Source: Rhizobium sp. Q54 (GTDB lineage Bacteria; Pseudomonadota; Alphaproteobacteria; UBA2966; CAIVPW01). From it: 64,000 nucleotides of DNA. The notes under the pieces are model-generated. The model saw nothing but the letters and a program-made list of their open reading frames with translations. It made no database searches and had not been told where the DNA came from. This document shows positions 41,731-54,578 of the stretch, in pieces (positions within the stretch are counted from its first letter, which is position 1; each line of letters opens with the position of its first letter). The stretch covers positions 472-64,471 of the forward strand of contig CAMDCA010000006.1 of assembly GCA_945889645.1 (NCBI GenBank). The letters are read 5' to 3'. A program made the position numbers and the translations under genes.

Positions 41731-42972
41731 ATGTTCAACGCGCTGGAATGGGGCATCGCCACGCGCTACCTGCGGGCCCGGCGCGAAGGCTTCATCTCGG
41801 TCATCGCCTGGCTGTCGCTCATCGGCATCGCGCTCGGCGTCGCCACCCTCATCATCGTCATGTCGGTGATGAACGGATTCCGCGCCGAGCTGGTCGAACG
41901 CATCCTCGGCATCGGCGGCCACATCGTGGTGCGCGCCGCCACCGGCGCCATCCCCAACTATGACGAGGAAATCGCCCGCCTGCGCCAAGTGCCAGGTGTT
42001 GTGCGCGCTTTGCCCATCATCGAAGGCCAGGTGATGGCCATGTCGTCGGCCGGCACCGCCAGTGGCGCATTGATCCGCGGCATCCGCGTCGCCGATCTGC
42101 GCCAGATGCCGCTGGTCTCGGCGGGTATCGTCGCCGGTTCGCTGGACGGCTTTGCGGCGGGCGACGGGATCGTCATGGGCGACCGCTTGGCGCGCAACCT
42201 CGGCGTTCGCGTCGGCGACTCGATCACCTTCGTCGCACCCGAGACGACGCCGACCCCGGTCGGCAACTTGCCGCGCATGAAGGCCTACAGGATCGCCGCG
42301 ACCTTCGACATCGGCATGTACGAATACGACTCGGCCATGGCGTTTGTGCCGCTTGAGGCCGCGCAGATATTCTTCCGCCTCACCGATCGCGTCTCGGCCA
42401 TCGAGCTAGTGGTGATCGACCCCGAGCAGCCGGACGCGCAACGCCTGGCCGTCATGCGCACGGTGCCGAACCTGCGCGTGTTCGATTGGCGCGACTCCAA
42501 CACCCAGTTCTTCAATGCCCTGGAGGTTGAGCGCAACGTGATGTTCCTCATCCTCACGCTCATCATCCTGGTGGCGGCGCTGAACGTCATCTCCGGCCTC
42601 ATCATGCTGGTGAAGGAAAAGCGCGGTGCCATCGCCATCATGCGCACCATGGGTGCGTCGCGCGGGATGATCCTGCGCATCTTTTTCATCGCCGGGGCGT
42701 CGGTCGGGGTGATCGGCACTGTCCTGGGTGTCGCCCTTGGCCTGACGTTCGCGCTGAACATCGAGACGCTGCGCCAATGGATCGAAGGCGCGACCGGCGC
42801 GAAACTGTTCGCCGCCGAGATCTACTTCTTGTCCACGCTGCCAGCCAAGGTCGAGTTCAACGAGGTGGCGCTGGTCACCGGCATGGCGCTGGTGCTGTCG
42901 TTCCTGGCGACCCTCTATCCGTCCTGGCGCGCCGCCCGCACCGATCCCGTCGAGGTCCTGCGCAGTGAGTAA
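41731..42972 (+). CDS. lolC: Lipoprotein-releasing system permease (LolC/E family; only one paralog is present)
   Basis: 413 aa. MFNALEWGIATRYLRARREGFISVIAWLSLIGIALGVATLIIVMSVMNGF, then a periplasmic domain and a C-terminal FtsX-like 3-TM region. Followed by lolD. Confidence 0.9.
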   Translation: MFNALEWGIATRYLRARREGFISVIAWLSLIGIALGVATLIIVMSVMNGFRAELVERILGIGGHIVVRAATGAIPNYDEEIARLRQVPGVVRALPIIEGQVMAMSSAGTASGALIRGIRVADLRQMPLVSAGIVAGSLDGFAAGDGIVMGDRLARNLGVRVGDSITFVAPETTPTPVGNLPRMKAYRIAATFDIGMYEYDSAMAFVPLEAAQIFFRLTDRVSAIELVVIDPEQPDAQRLAVMRTVPNLRVFDWRDSNTQFFNALEVERNVMFLILTLIILVAALNVISGLIMLVKEKRGAIAIMRTMGASRGMILRIFFIAGASVGVIGTVLGVALGLTFALNIETLRQWIEGATGAKLFAAEIYFLSTLPAKVEFNEVALVTGMALVLSFLATLYPSWRAARTDPVEVLRSE

Positions 42973-43696
42973 GTCGGTCACGGTCTCCGCCGGCACAGAG
43001 TCGGCGGTGAGTGAGTCTGCCGAGTCGGCGCTGCTCCTGGAGCACGTCAACCGTAGCTATCGCGAAGGGCCGCGCCGGCTAGACATCCTAAAGGATGTGT
43101 CGCTGATGGTGCGGCCGGGCGAAATCGTCGCCCTGGTCGGACCCAGCGGCTCCGGCAAGACGACCCTGCTGCAGGTAGCCGGTCTGCTCGATCGCCCCGA
43201 CTCGGGCGAGGTGTGGGTCGCCGGCGCACGCTGCTCGAACATGGGGGATGCCGAGCGCACGCGCATGCGCCGCGACCGCATCGGCTTCATCTACCAGTTC
43301 CACCACCTACTGCCCGAATTCAACGCACTGGAGAACGTCGCGCTGCCGCAGCGGATCGCCGGTAAGACGCGCGTGCAGGCCGAAGGCCACGCCATCGATC
43401 TGCTCGGCGTCCTCGGGCTGGCCGAACGTCTGCGGCATCGCCCCGGTGAGCTCTCCGGCGGCGAGCGTCAGCGCGTCGCCATCGCTCGCGCGGTTGCCAA
43501 CGGCGCGGGCCTACTGCTCGGTGACGAGCCCACCGGCAACCTCGACCACCGCACCGCGGAACAGGTTTTCGCCTCCATGCTCGCCCTGGTGCGCGGCAAA
43601 CGCGTTGCCGCGTTGATCGCCACCCACAACTTGGAACTGGCAGAGCGGATGGACCGAATCCTGACCATCCAGGACGGCGTTTTGAGCGAGCAATAG
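42965..43696 (+). CDS. lolD: Lipoprotein-releasing system ATP-binding protein
   Basis: 243 aa with a GTG start overlapping the end of lolC. Walker A GPSGSGKTTLLQ, signature LSGGERQRVAIARA, Walker B LLLGDEPTGNLD. Confidence 0.93.
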   Translation: MSKSVTVSAGTESAVSESAESALLLEHVNRSYREGPRRLDILKDVSLMVRPGEIVALVGPSGSGKTTLLQVAGLLDRPDSGEVWVAGARCSNMGDAERTRMRRDRIGFIYQFHHLLPEFNALENVALPQRIAGKTRVQAEGHAIDLLGVLGLAERLRHRPGELSGGERQRVAIARAVANGAGLLLGDEPTGNLDHRTAEQVFASMLALVRGKRVAALIATHNLELAERMDRILTIQDGVLSEQ

Positions 43697-43748
43697 GCCG
43701 AGCAGTGGGGGTTTCCCACACCCTAGCCCACAGCTTCTAGCGCCGTTC

Positions 43749-47237
<3,489 letters not shown>

Positions 47238-47253
47238 GCGGGGGAGCGGAAAG

Positions 47254-47274
47254 GAGGCCCGCAGGCCTCTTTTT
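47254..47274 (+). terminator. Rho-independent terminator after dnaE
   Basis: GAGGCC-cgca-GGCCTC, followed by TTTTT, 17 nt after the dnaE stop. Confidence 0.7.
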
Positions 47275-47286
47275 GCCAGGCTGCGC

Positions 47287-47316
47287 TTGCCTTTGGGGCC
47301 CTCCAGAGGCTATTAA
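47287..47316 (+). promoter_or_regulatory. Candidate sigma-70 promoter for rpsB-tsf
   Basis: TTGCCT, an 18-nt spacer, then TATTAA. Implies a leader of about 155 nt. Confidence 0.3.
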
Positions 47317-47478
47317 CCCGGCCGGACGCCCATGAGGGCGTCACAACCCGCACGCAGGATCGCGGTTTGCCCAAGGGCGCCTATGGCACCCCTGGGCCGC
47401 CGTTCCGGTGTCCGGTCGGGCCCACCAACTGGGCCCACCCCGGACCACTCCTGCGGAGGCATAACCGGAGCAAGGATC

Positions 47479-48333
47479 ATGGCACTACCCGATTTCACGA
47501 TGCGTCAGCTGTTGGAAGCTGGCGTGCATTTCGGCCACCGCACCTATCGGTGGAACCCGAAGATGGCGCAGTACCTGTACGGCGCCCGCAACGGCATTCA
47601 CATCATCGATCTGCAACAGACGGTGCCGATGCTGCACCGCGGTCTGCAGGCCGTGCGCGACGTCGCCGCGGCCGGTGGCCGTGTTCTGTTCGTCGGCACC
47701 AAGCGCCAGGCCCAGGAGCCGATCGCCGACGCCGCGCGTCGCGCCGGTCAGCACTTCGTGCACCACCGCTGGCTGGGCGGCATGCTCACCAACTGGAAGA
47801 CCATCTCGGTCTCGATCAGCCGCCTCAAGGCGCTCGACGCCAAGGCGGAGCAGAGCGAGCAGGGCGGCCTGACCAAAAAGGAGCGCCTGCAGCTCGAGCG
47901 CGAGCGCGAGAAGCTGGAGCGTTCGCTCGGCGGCATTAAGGACATGGGCGGCCTACCGAACATCATGTTCATCATCGACACCAACAAAGAAGAGATCGCC
48001 ATCGACGAGGCGCGCCGCCTGAACATCCCGGTGGTCGCCATCCTCGATTCGAACTCGAATCCGGCCGGCATCACCTACGGCATTCCGGGCAACGATGACG
48101 CCTCGCGCGCCATCAACCTGTACTGCGAGCTGATGGCGCAGGCGGTGCTCGACGGCATCCGCGCCGAGATGGCCGAGTCCGGCGAAGTCGGTGGAGCCAC
48201 CGAGGCTCCGGCTGGCGAGGGCGCGCCCGGCGGCGAGGAGCCGCGGCGCAACAAGGGTCGTCGTGGCGGCGGACGCCGTGAGGGTGGCCGCAAGCCAGAA
48301 GAAGTGGCGGCAGCGACTCCGGACGCCCAGTAA
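47479..48333 (+). CDS. rpsB: 30S ribosomal protein S2 (with a Gly/Arg/Glu-rich C-terminal tail)
   Basis: 284 aa from the internal [51 protein letters not shown]...FVGTKRQAQ...[10 protein letters not shown]. Confidence 0.96.
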   Translation: MALPDFTMRQLLEAGVHFGHRTYRWNPKMAQYLYGARNGIHIIDLQQTVPMLHRGLQAVRDVAAAGGRVLFVGTKRQAQEPIADAARRAGQHFVHHRWLGGMLTNWKTISVSISRLKALDAKAEQSEQGGLTKKERLQLEREREKLERSLGGIKDMGGLPNIMFIIDTNKEEIAIDEARRLNIPVVAILDSNSNPAGITYGIPGNDDASRAINLYCELMAQAVLDGIRAEMAESGEVGGATEAPAGEGAPGGEEPRRNKGRRGGGRREGGRKPEEVAAATPDAQ

Positions 48334-48390
48334 GGCAGCCGGAGCGTCCGCTCCGATCCACGCAACGCCTCGACAAGAAAGGATTTCACC

Positions 48391-49317
48391 GTGAGCGACA
48401 TCGACGCCGCCAAGGTCAAGGAACTGCGCGAGCGTACTGGCGCAGGCATGATGGACTGCAAGCGCGCGCTGATCGAAGCGAAGGGCGACATGGAGAAGGC
48501 CACCGACTGGCTGCGCAGCAAGGGTCTTGCTGCCGCCGCCAAGAAGGCCGGCCGTGTCGCCGCTGACGGGCTCGTCGCGGTCGCGGTGAAGGGCACCCAG
48601 GGCGTCGCGGTCGAGGTCAACTCGGAAACCGACTTTGTCGCCCGCAACGACAAGTTCCAGGAGCTGGTGCGCGCGGTCGCCCAGGTCGCGCTGGCCAACA
48701 ACGGCGACTACGACAAGACCGCCGCCGGCACGATCGCCGGCATGCAGGTTTCGGTGAAGGACCGCGTCGTCGCGGCCGTCGCGACCATCGGCGAGAACAT
48801 CCAGTTCCGCCGTTCGGCCGGCCTGTCGGTCAAGAACGGCGTCGTCGTGCCGTACGTCCACAACGCGGTGGCGCCCGAGCTTGGCAAGATCGCGGTGCTG
48901 CTGGCGCTTGAATCGACCGGCGATGCCGGCAGGCTGATGGCGCTCGGCAAGCAAATTGCCATGCACATCGCCGCCGCCAATCCGCAGGCGTTGACGCCCG
49001 AGACCCTCAACAAGGATCTCGTCGCGCGCGAGCGCGCGGTGTTCGAGGAGCAGGCCAAGGCGTCGGGCAAGCCGGCCGAGATCATCGCCAAGATGGTGGA
49101 GGGCCGCGTGCGCAAGTACTACGCCGAGGTTGTGCTGCTGGAGCAGGTGTTCGTCGTCGATGGCGAGACGAAAGTCTCGAAGGTCGTCGAAGACGCCGCC
49201 AAGACCGTCGGCGCGCCGGTGAAGATCACCGGGTTCGTGCGCTACGCGCTCGGCGAAGGCATCGACAAGAAGCAGGAAGGCTTCGCGGCCGAGGTGGCAG
49301 CCGCCACCAAGCACTAG
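48391..49317 (+). CDS. tsf: Elongation factor Ts
   Basis: 308 aa with a GTG start. [37 protein letters not shown]... Confidence 0.96.
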   Translation: MSDIDAAKVKELRERTGAGMMDCKRALIEAKGDMEKATDWLRSKGLAAAAKKAGRVAADGLVAVAVKGTQGVAVEVNSETDFVARNDKFQELVRAVAQVALANNGDYDKTAAGTIAGMQVSVKDRVVAAVATIGENIQFRRSAGLSVKNGVVVPYVHNAVAPELGKIAVLLALESTGDAGRLMALGKQIAMHIAAANPQALTPETLNKDLVARERAVFEEQAKASGKPAEIIAKMVEGRVRKYYAEVVLLEQVFVVDGETKVSKVVEDAAKTVGAPVKITGFVRYALGEGIDKKQEGFAAEVAAATKH

Positions 49318-49340
49318 CCACAGCCCGCGGGAGGCGGACG

Positions 49341-50078
49341 ATGCCCAGCACCGCGAAGCCTGCGCAACGCTACCGCCGCGTGCTGCTGAAGCTGTCGGGC
49401 GAGGCTCTCGCCGGCAGCGCTCCGTTCGGCATCGACTATTCGGTGGTCGGGCGCATCGCCCACGACATCAAAGAGGTGCACGCCTCCAAGGTCCAGGTGT
49501 GCGTCGTGGTCGGCGGCGGCAACATCGTGCGCGGCTCGGCCGCGGCGAAGTCGGGCATGGACCGCGCCGGCGCCGACTATATGGGCATGCTGGCGACCGT
49601 CATCAACGCGCTCGCCATGCAAAGCACACTCGAACAGCAGGGCGTTCCCGCCCGCGTGCTGTCGGCCATTCCGATGGCGACCGTGTGCGAGCCCTACATC
49701 CGGCGCCGCGCCATCCGCCATCTGGAGAAGGGCCGCGTTGTGGTGTTCGCCGGCGGTACCGGCAGCCCGTTCTTCACCACCGATTCGGCGGCGGCGTTGC
49801 GCGCCACCGAGATGAATTGCGACGCGTTGTTCAAGGGCACGCAGGTTGACGGCGTCTACTCGGCGGACCCGCGCACGGACAAGGCGGCGCACAGATATGA
49901 TACCCTGAGCTACATGGATGTTTTGTCCAAGGACCTGAAGGTCATGGACGCTGCGGCGGTGTCGCTGGCGCGCGAGAATCGCATTCCCATTCTGGTCTTC
50001 TCCATCCACGAGCAGGGTGCGTTCGCCGACGTGGTCGCCGGCCGCGGCACCTGGACGACGATCGCCGAGACGAGTTGA
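49341..50078 (+). CDS. pyrH: UMP kinase
   Basis: 245 aa. [13 protein letters not shown]...[10 protein letters not shown]...[16 protein letters not shown]...[23 protein letters not shown]. Confidence 0.96.
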   Translation: MPSTAKPAQRYRRVLLKLSGEALAGSAPFGIDYSVVGRIAHDIKEVHASKVQVCVVVGGGNIVRGSAAAKSGMDRAGADYMGMLATVINALAMQSTLEQQGVPARVLSAIPMATVCEPYIRRRAIRHLEKGRVVVFAGGTGSPFFTTDSAAALRATEMNCDALFKGTQVDGVYSADPRTDKAAHRYDTLSYMDVLSKDLKVMDAAAVSLARENRIPILVFSIHEQGAFADVVAGRGTWTTIAETS

Positions 50079-50100
50079 GACCGCAGAGGGGCGGAAAGTC

Positions 50101-50658
50101 ATGGCCAAGTTCGATTTCGATGACATCAAGCGCCGGATGAACGCGGCGATGGACGATCTCAAGAAGGAATTCACCGGGCTGCGCACCGGACGCGCGTCGG
50201 CGAGCCTGCTCGATCCGGTGATGGTCATGGCCTACGGCAACCTGGCGCCGCTCAAGACCGTCGCCAACATCAGCGTGCCCGAGGCGCGCATGCTGACCGT
50301 GCAGGTGTGGGACCGCTCGATGATCGCCGCGGTCGAGAAGGGCATCCGCCACGCCGAGCTCGGCCTCAACCCGGTGGTCGAGGGCACCAACATCCGCATC
50401 CCGATCCCGGACCTCAACGAAGAACGCCGCCGCGATCTTACCAAGCTCGCGCACAAGTACTCGGAGCAGCACCGCATCGCCGTGCGCAACGTGCGCCGCG
50501 ACGGCATGGAGAAGCTCAAGGCGCTGGAGAAGGCGGGCGAGATCGCACAGGACGAGCACCGCAAGCTGTCCGACTTGGTGCAGAAGGAAACCGACGCCAC
50601 CATCGCCCGCATCGACGAGACCTTGGCCAACAAGGAACGCGAGATCATGCAAGTCTGA
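50101..50658 (+). CDS. frr: Ribosome recycling factor
   Basis: 185 aa from the internal ATG. ...[16 protein letters not shown]...[35 protein letters not shown]. Confidence 0.96.
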   Translation: MAKFDFDDIKRRMNAAMDDLKKEFTGLRTGRASASLLDPVMVMAYGNLAPLKTVANISVPEARMLTVQVWDRSMIAAVEKGIRHAELGLNPVVEGTNIRIPIPDLNEERRRDLTKLAHKYSEQHRIAVRNVRRDGMEKLKALEKAGEIAQDEHRKLSDLVQKETDATIARIDETLANKEREIMQV

Positions 50659-50663
50659 TTGCG

Positions 50664-51401
50664 ATGATCGAACCCGTCTCCACCAGCGCCGTCGCGGCCA
50701 AGCCGCCCGTGCACATTGCCATCATCATGGATGGCAACGGACGCTGGGCGAAGGCGCGCGGCCTGCCGCGGGTGGCGGGTCATCAGCGCGGGGCCGAGGC
50801 GGCGCGGGCCGCGGTGCGGGCTTGCCGCGAACTCGGCGTCCGCTACCTGACGCTATACGCATTTTCGTCCGAGAACTGGAAGCGCCCGGTGGCCGAGGTC
50901 GAAGACCTCATGTCGCTGCTGCGCTACTACCTGCGCCGCGAAGTCGGCGAACTCGAGGCCCAGGGCGTGCGCCTGCGCTTCATCGGTTCGCGCGAACGCC
51001 TGGCGCCCGACATCGTCACCGAGATCGAGGCCGCCGAGTCACGCACCCGGCACAACGAAGGCCTGGTCGTGGTCGTGGCGCTCAACTACGGCAGCCACGA
51101 AGAGATCGTGCATGCCGCGCGCTCGCTGGCGCGCGACGCCGCTCACGGCACCGTGCGTCCCGACGACATCGACGAGACGATGTTCGCCGCGCGCCTGTCC
51201 ACCGACGGCATCCCCAATCCGGATCTCCTGATCCGCACCAGCGGCGAGCAGCGCCTGTCCAACTTCCTGTTGTGGCAAGCCGCCTACGCGGAACTGGTAT
51301 TCGTCAACGCCAACTGGCCCGACTTCACCCGCGAGAGCATGGAATCGGCCATCGCCGAATTCCACCGCCGCGACCGCCGCTATGGCGCCTCGCGTGGCTA
51401 G
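50664..51401 (+). CDS. uppS: Undecaprenyl-diphosphate synthase
   Basis: 245 aa from the internal ATG. HIAIIMDGNGRWAKARGLPRVAGHQRG...LTLYAFSSENWKRP...IRTSGEQRLSNFLLWQAAYAE. Confidence 0.95.
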   Translation: MIEPVSTSAVAAKPPVHIAIIMDGNGRWAKARGLPRVAGHQRGAEAARAAVRACRELGVRYLTLYAFSSENWKRPVAEVEDLMSLLRYYLRREVGELEAQGVRLRFIGSRERLAPDIVTEIEAAESRTRHNEGLVVVVALNYGSHEEIVHAARSLARDAAHGTVRPDDIDETMFAARLSTDGIPNPDLLIRTSGEQRLSNFLLWQAAYAELVFVNANWPDFTRESMESAIAEFHRRDRRYGASRG

Positions 51402-52206
51402 CGCGTCCGAAACCACTGCGACGGCGCAACGCGATGCGCTCACCTTGCGCGTCGCCTCGGCAGTTGTCATGGCCATCATCGCATTGGCCGGTGCCTACAT
51501 CGGCGGCTGGACCTTCAAGTTCCTCATGGCGGTGATCGCCATCCTTGCGTCCTACGAATGGGATCGCCTGTGCGGCGGCCCGGCCTTCGGTCCATTCGGC
51601 GCGTTGGCGGCGGCGGCGTGCGCCGCGGCGGTTGTGATGACCGGCACCGGGCGCGTCGGAGCCGCGTTCGTGCTCGTACTGGTGGCCGCCGTGCTGACCG
51701 CGATCCTTGCGCGTGGTCGCGGCCGCGATGCCCGCTGGCTGGTTGGTGGCTTGCTCTACGTCGGCATCCCGGCGATCGCCGGGGTGTGGATCCGCGACTC
51801 CGAATGGGGACGGCTCGCCATCCTCGGCCTGTTCGCCGTGATCTGGTCAACGGATACCGGCGCGTACTTTGCCGGCAAGACCTTTGGCGGGCCCAAGCTC
51901 GCGCCGGCCATCAGCCCCGGCAAGACTTGGTCTGGCCTGGTTGGTGGCGTCGTCGCCGCGACCGTCGCCGCACTGGTGGTTGGTCATTTTGCGCCGCCAG
52001 TCCCGTTGTGGTCGGTCGGTGCGGTGGGGGCGCTGCTGTCCCTCGTCGGGCAGGTCGGCGACCTCGGCAAGTCCAAGGTGAAGCGCCACTTCCAGGTCAA
52101 GGATTCAGGCAACCTGATTCCCGGCCACGGTGGCGTCATCGATCGCCTCGACAGCACGATGGCAACCCTGCCGGTCCTCGCCACCTTCCTCGCACTATGG
52201 TTGTAG
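51382..52206 (+). CDS. cdsA: Phosphatidate cytidylyltransferase
   Basis: 274 aa polytopic. C-terminal signature [28 protein letters not shown]. Confidence 0.92.
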   Translation: MAPRVASASETTATAQRDALTLRVASAVVMAIIALAGAYIGGWTFKFLMAVIAILASYEWDRLCGGPAFGPFGALAAAACAAAVVMTGTGRVGAAFVLVLVAAVLTAILARGRGRDARWLVGGLLYVGIPAIAGVWIRDSEWGRLAILGLFAVIWSTDTGAYFAGKTFGGPKLAPAISPGKTWSGLVGGVVAATVAALVVGHFAPPVPLWSVGAVGALLSLVGQVGDLGKSKVKRHFQVKDSGNLIPGHGGVIDRLDSTMATLPVLATFLALWL

Positions 52207-53426
52207 CCGCGCGGCGGCCGGGTCTTCCTGCCCCGCATACGGCGGAGCGGCCGCGCAGCGTTACGATTCTCGGCTCGACGGGCTCGGTCGGCACCAGCAC
52301 CGTCAGCCTGCTGGCCGCGGGCGGCTACGCCGTCGAGGCGCTGACCGCCAACAATAACGTCGCGCTGCTGGCTGAACAGGCGCGCCTGCTGCGCCCTCGC
52401 TTCGTGGCGATCTGCGACCGGACCTGCTTCGCCGACCTCAAGGCCGCCCTGGCCGGCACCGGTATCGAAGTCGGGGCAGGACCGTCAGCCATCGTCGAGG
52501 CGGCCTCGCGCCCGGCCGACTGGGTGATGGCCGCCATCGTCGGCGCGGCCGGCCTTGAGCCCACGCTCGCCGCCGTGCGCCGGGGCGCCATCGTTGCGCT
52601 CGCCAACAAGGAAGTCCTGGTGTGTGCCGGCGCCCTTGTCATGGCTGAAGTCGAGGCTGCCGGCGCGACGCTGCTGCCGGTGGACTCCGAGCACAACGCC
52701 ATCTTCCAGTGCTTCGAGGCGCGCAATCGCGACTCCGTCGATCGCATCATCCTCACGGCGTCGGGCGGTCCGTTCCGCGAGTTCGACACCGCGCGCATGG
52801 CCACGGTGACGCCAGCCCAGGCCGTTGCACACCCGAATTGGGTGATGGGCCGCAAGATCTCGATCGATTCGGCGACGATGATGAATAAGGGCCTCGAAAT
52901 CATCGAGGCACACCATCTATTCGGGATGCCCGAACCAAGAATCGATGTGCTCCTGCACCCGCAATCCGTGGTCCACAGCCTTGTGGCGTACGTCGATGGT
53001 TCGGTGCTGGCGCAATTGGGCGCGCCCGACATGCGCACGCCCATCGCCTACACCCTGGCGTGGCCCGACCGGCTGTCGTTTCCTGCCCGTCGGTTGGACC
53101 TCGCGGCCCTAGGCGCACTTACCTTTTTCCCGCCCGACGAACAGCGGTTTCCGGCCTTGCGTTTGGCCCGCCAAGCCTTGCAAAGCGGGGGGGCGACACC
53201 TACAATTCTTAACGCCGCCAACGAAGTCGCGGTTGAAGGATTCATGGCGGGAAAGATCGGTTTCCTCGACATCGCCCGTACGGTCGAGGAGACGCTCGCC
53301 AGAACCGACAGCTTGCCGGTCACTACGCTGGGCGACGTCCTGGAAGTCGATGCAATGGCGCGCCGCGCCGCCGCAGCTCTGATCGAGCCTACGGCGGGCC
53401 GTCCGGCGCGCGTTAGCCTGAGCTGA
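52197..53426 (+). CDS. dxr: 1-deoxy-D-xylulose-5-phosphate reductoisomerase
   Basis: Internal ATG overlapping the end of cds[18 protein letters not shown]...[11 protein letters not shown]...[14 protein letters not shown]...[10 protein letters not shown]...[23 protein letters not shown]. Confidence 0.94.
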   Translation: MVVAARRPGLPAPHTAERPRSVTILGSTGSVGTSTVSLLAAGGYAVEALTANNNVALLAEQARLLRPRFVAICDRTCFADLKAALAGTGIEVGAGPSAIVEAASRPADWVMAAIVGAAGLEPTLAAVRRGAIVALANKEVLVCAGALVMAEVEAAGATLLPVDSEHNAIFQCFEARNRDSVDRIILTASGGPFREFDTARMATVTPAQAVAHPNWVMGRKISIDSATMMNKGLEIIEAHHLFGMPEPRIDVLLHPQSVVHSLVAYVDGSVLAQLGAPDMRTPIAYTLAWPDRLSFPARRLDLAALGALTFFPPDEQRFPALRLARQALQSGGATPTILNAANEVAVEGFMAGKIGFLDIARTVEETLARTDSLPVTTLGDVLEVDAMARRAAAALIEPTAGRPARVSLS

Positions 53427-53433
53427 ACCGCAC

Positions 53434-54549
53434 ATGAACGGGCTCTATTCGGTCGGCGTTTTCCTGATCCTGATCACCATTCTCGTGTTCGTGCACGAGA
53501 TGGGGCACTACTTGGTCGCGCGCCGCGCCGGTGTGCGGGTCGAAACATTCTCCATTGGCTTTGGGCGCGAAATCGTCGGCTGGACCGACAAGACCGGCAC
53601 GCGCTGGAAGATCAGCTGGCTGCCGCTCGGCGGCTACGTGAAGTTCTTCGGCGATACCGGGCCCAGTTCGGCCGGACCGGGCGCGGAAATCGCGCCGGAA
53701 GATCGCCAGTTCTCCTTCCACCACAAGCCGCTGGCGAGCCGCGCCGCGATTGTCGTGGCAGGTCCCGTGACCAACTTTCTGTTCGCCATCCTGGTGTTCG
53801 CCGGGATGTACGCGACGTTCGGCCAGCCCTACACGTCGCCGGTGATCGCCGAGGTCCAGCCCGACACCGTGGCTGCCGCGGCGGGATTCCGCGGCGGCGA
53901 CCGCGTCGTCGAGATCGACGGCTTCTCGGTGCAGCGCTTCGAAGACCTGATGCAGATCGTGCTGTCCAGCCCCGGCCGCGAAATGGAGTTCGTCCTCCTG
54001 CGCGACGGCGCGCAGGTGGTGCTGAACGCGACGCCGGGCACACGCGTTCTCATCGACCGCTCCGGCAAGGAGCGCCAGGTCGGCTATCTCGGCGTCCGCG
54101 CCTCCGGCTTTGAGCAGATTCGCCGCAACCCGATCGAAGCGGTCTGGTACGCCGGCAAGCAGACGTGGTTCGTCAGCGCCCAGACCCTGGTCACCGTCGG
54201 CCGCATGATTTCCGGCACCGCACCCGCCGACGACCTGCGCGGCCCGGTCGGTATCGCCCAGTTGTCGGGCGAGGTGGCGCAGTTCGGCCTTGAGCCTGTG
54301 TTGGAGCTGATCGCCCTGCTGTCGATCAGCCTCGGTCTGATCAATCTGTTCCCGGTGCCGTTGCTCGACGGCGGCCATCTGTTGTTCTACGCATTCGAGG
54401 CCGTGCGCGGCCGCCCGCTTGGGCCGCGCGCGCAGGAGTACGGCTTCCGACTTGGTTTGGCCCTGGTGTTGATGCTGATGATCTTCGCCACGTGGCGTGA
54501 TTTTGTGCGGCCGGACGGCATGATCGACATCATGCGCGAACTCTTTTAG
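53434..54549 (+). CDS. rseP: RIP (site-2) zinc metalloprotease RseP
   Basis: 371 aa. FVHEMGHYLVAR (HExxH), a PDZ segment and the C-terminal NLFPVPLLDGGHL motif. Confidence 0.93.
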   Translation: MNGLYSVGVFLILITILVFVHEMGHYLVARRAGVRVETFSIGFGREIVGWTDKTGTRWKISWLPLGGYVKFFGDTGPSSAGPGAEIAPEDRQFSFHHKPLASRAAIVVAGPVTNFLFAILVFAGMYATFGQPYTSPVIAEVQPDTVAAAAGFRGGDRVVEIDGFSVQRFEDLMQIVLSSPGREMEFVLLRDGAQVVLNATPGTRVLIDRSGKERQVGYLGVRASGFEQIRRNPIEAVWYAGKQTWFVSAQTLVTVGRMISGTAPADDLRGPVGIAQLSGEVAQFGLEPVLELIALLSISLGLINLFPVPLLDGGHLLFYAFEAVRGRPLGPRAQEYGFRLGLALVLMLMIFATWRDFVRPDGMIDIMRELF

Positions 54550-54578
54550 TCGACGGGCGCGGGGACAGCGGGGGATTC

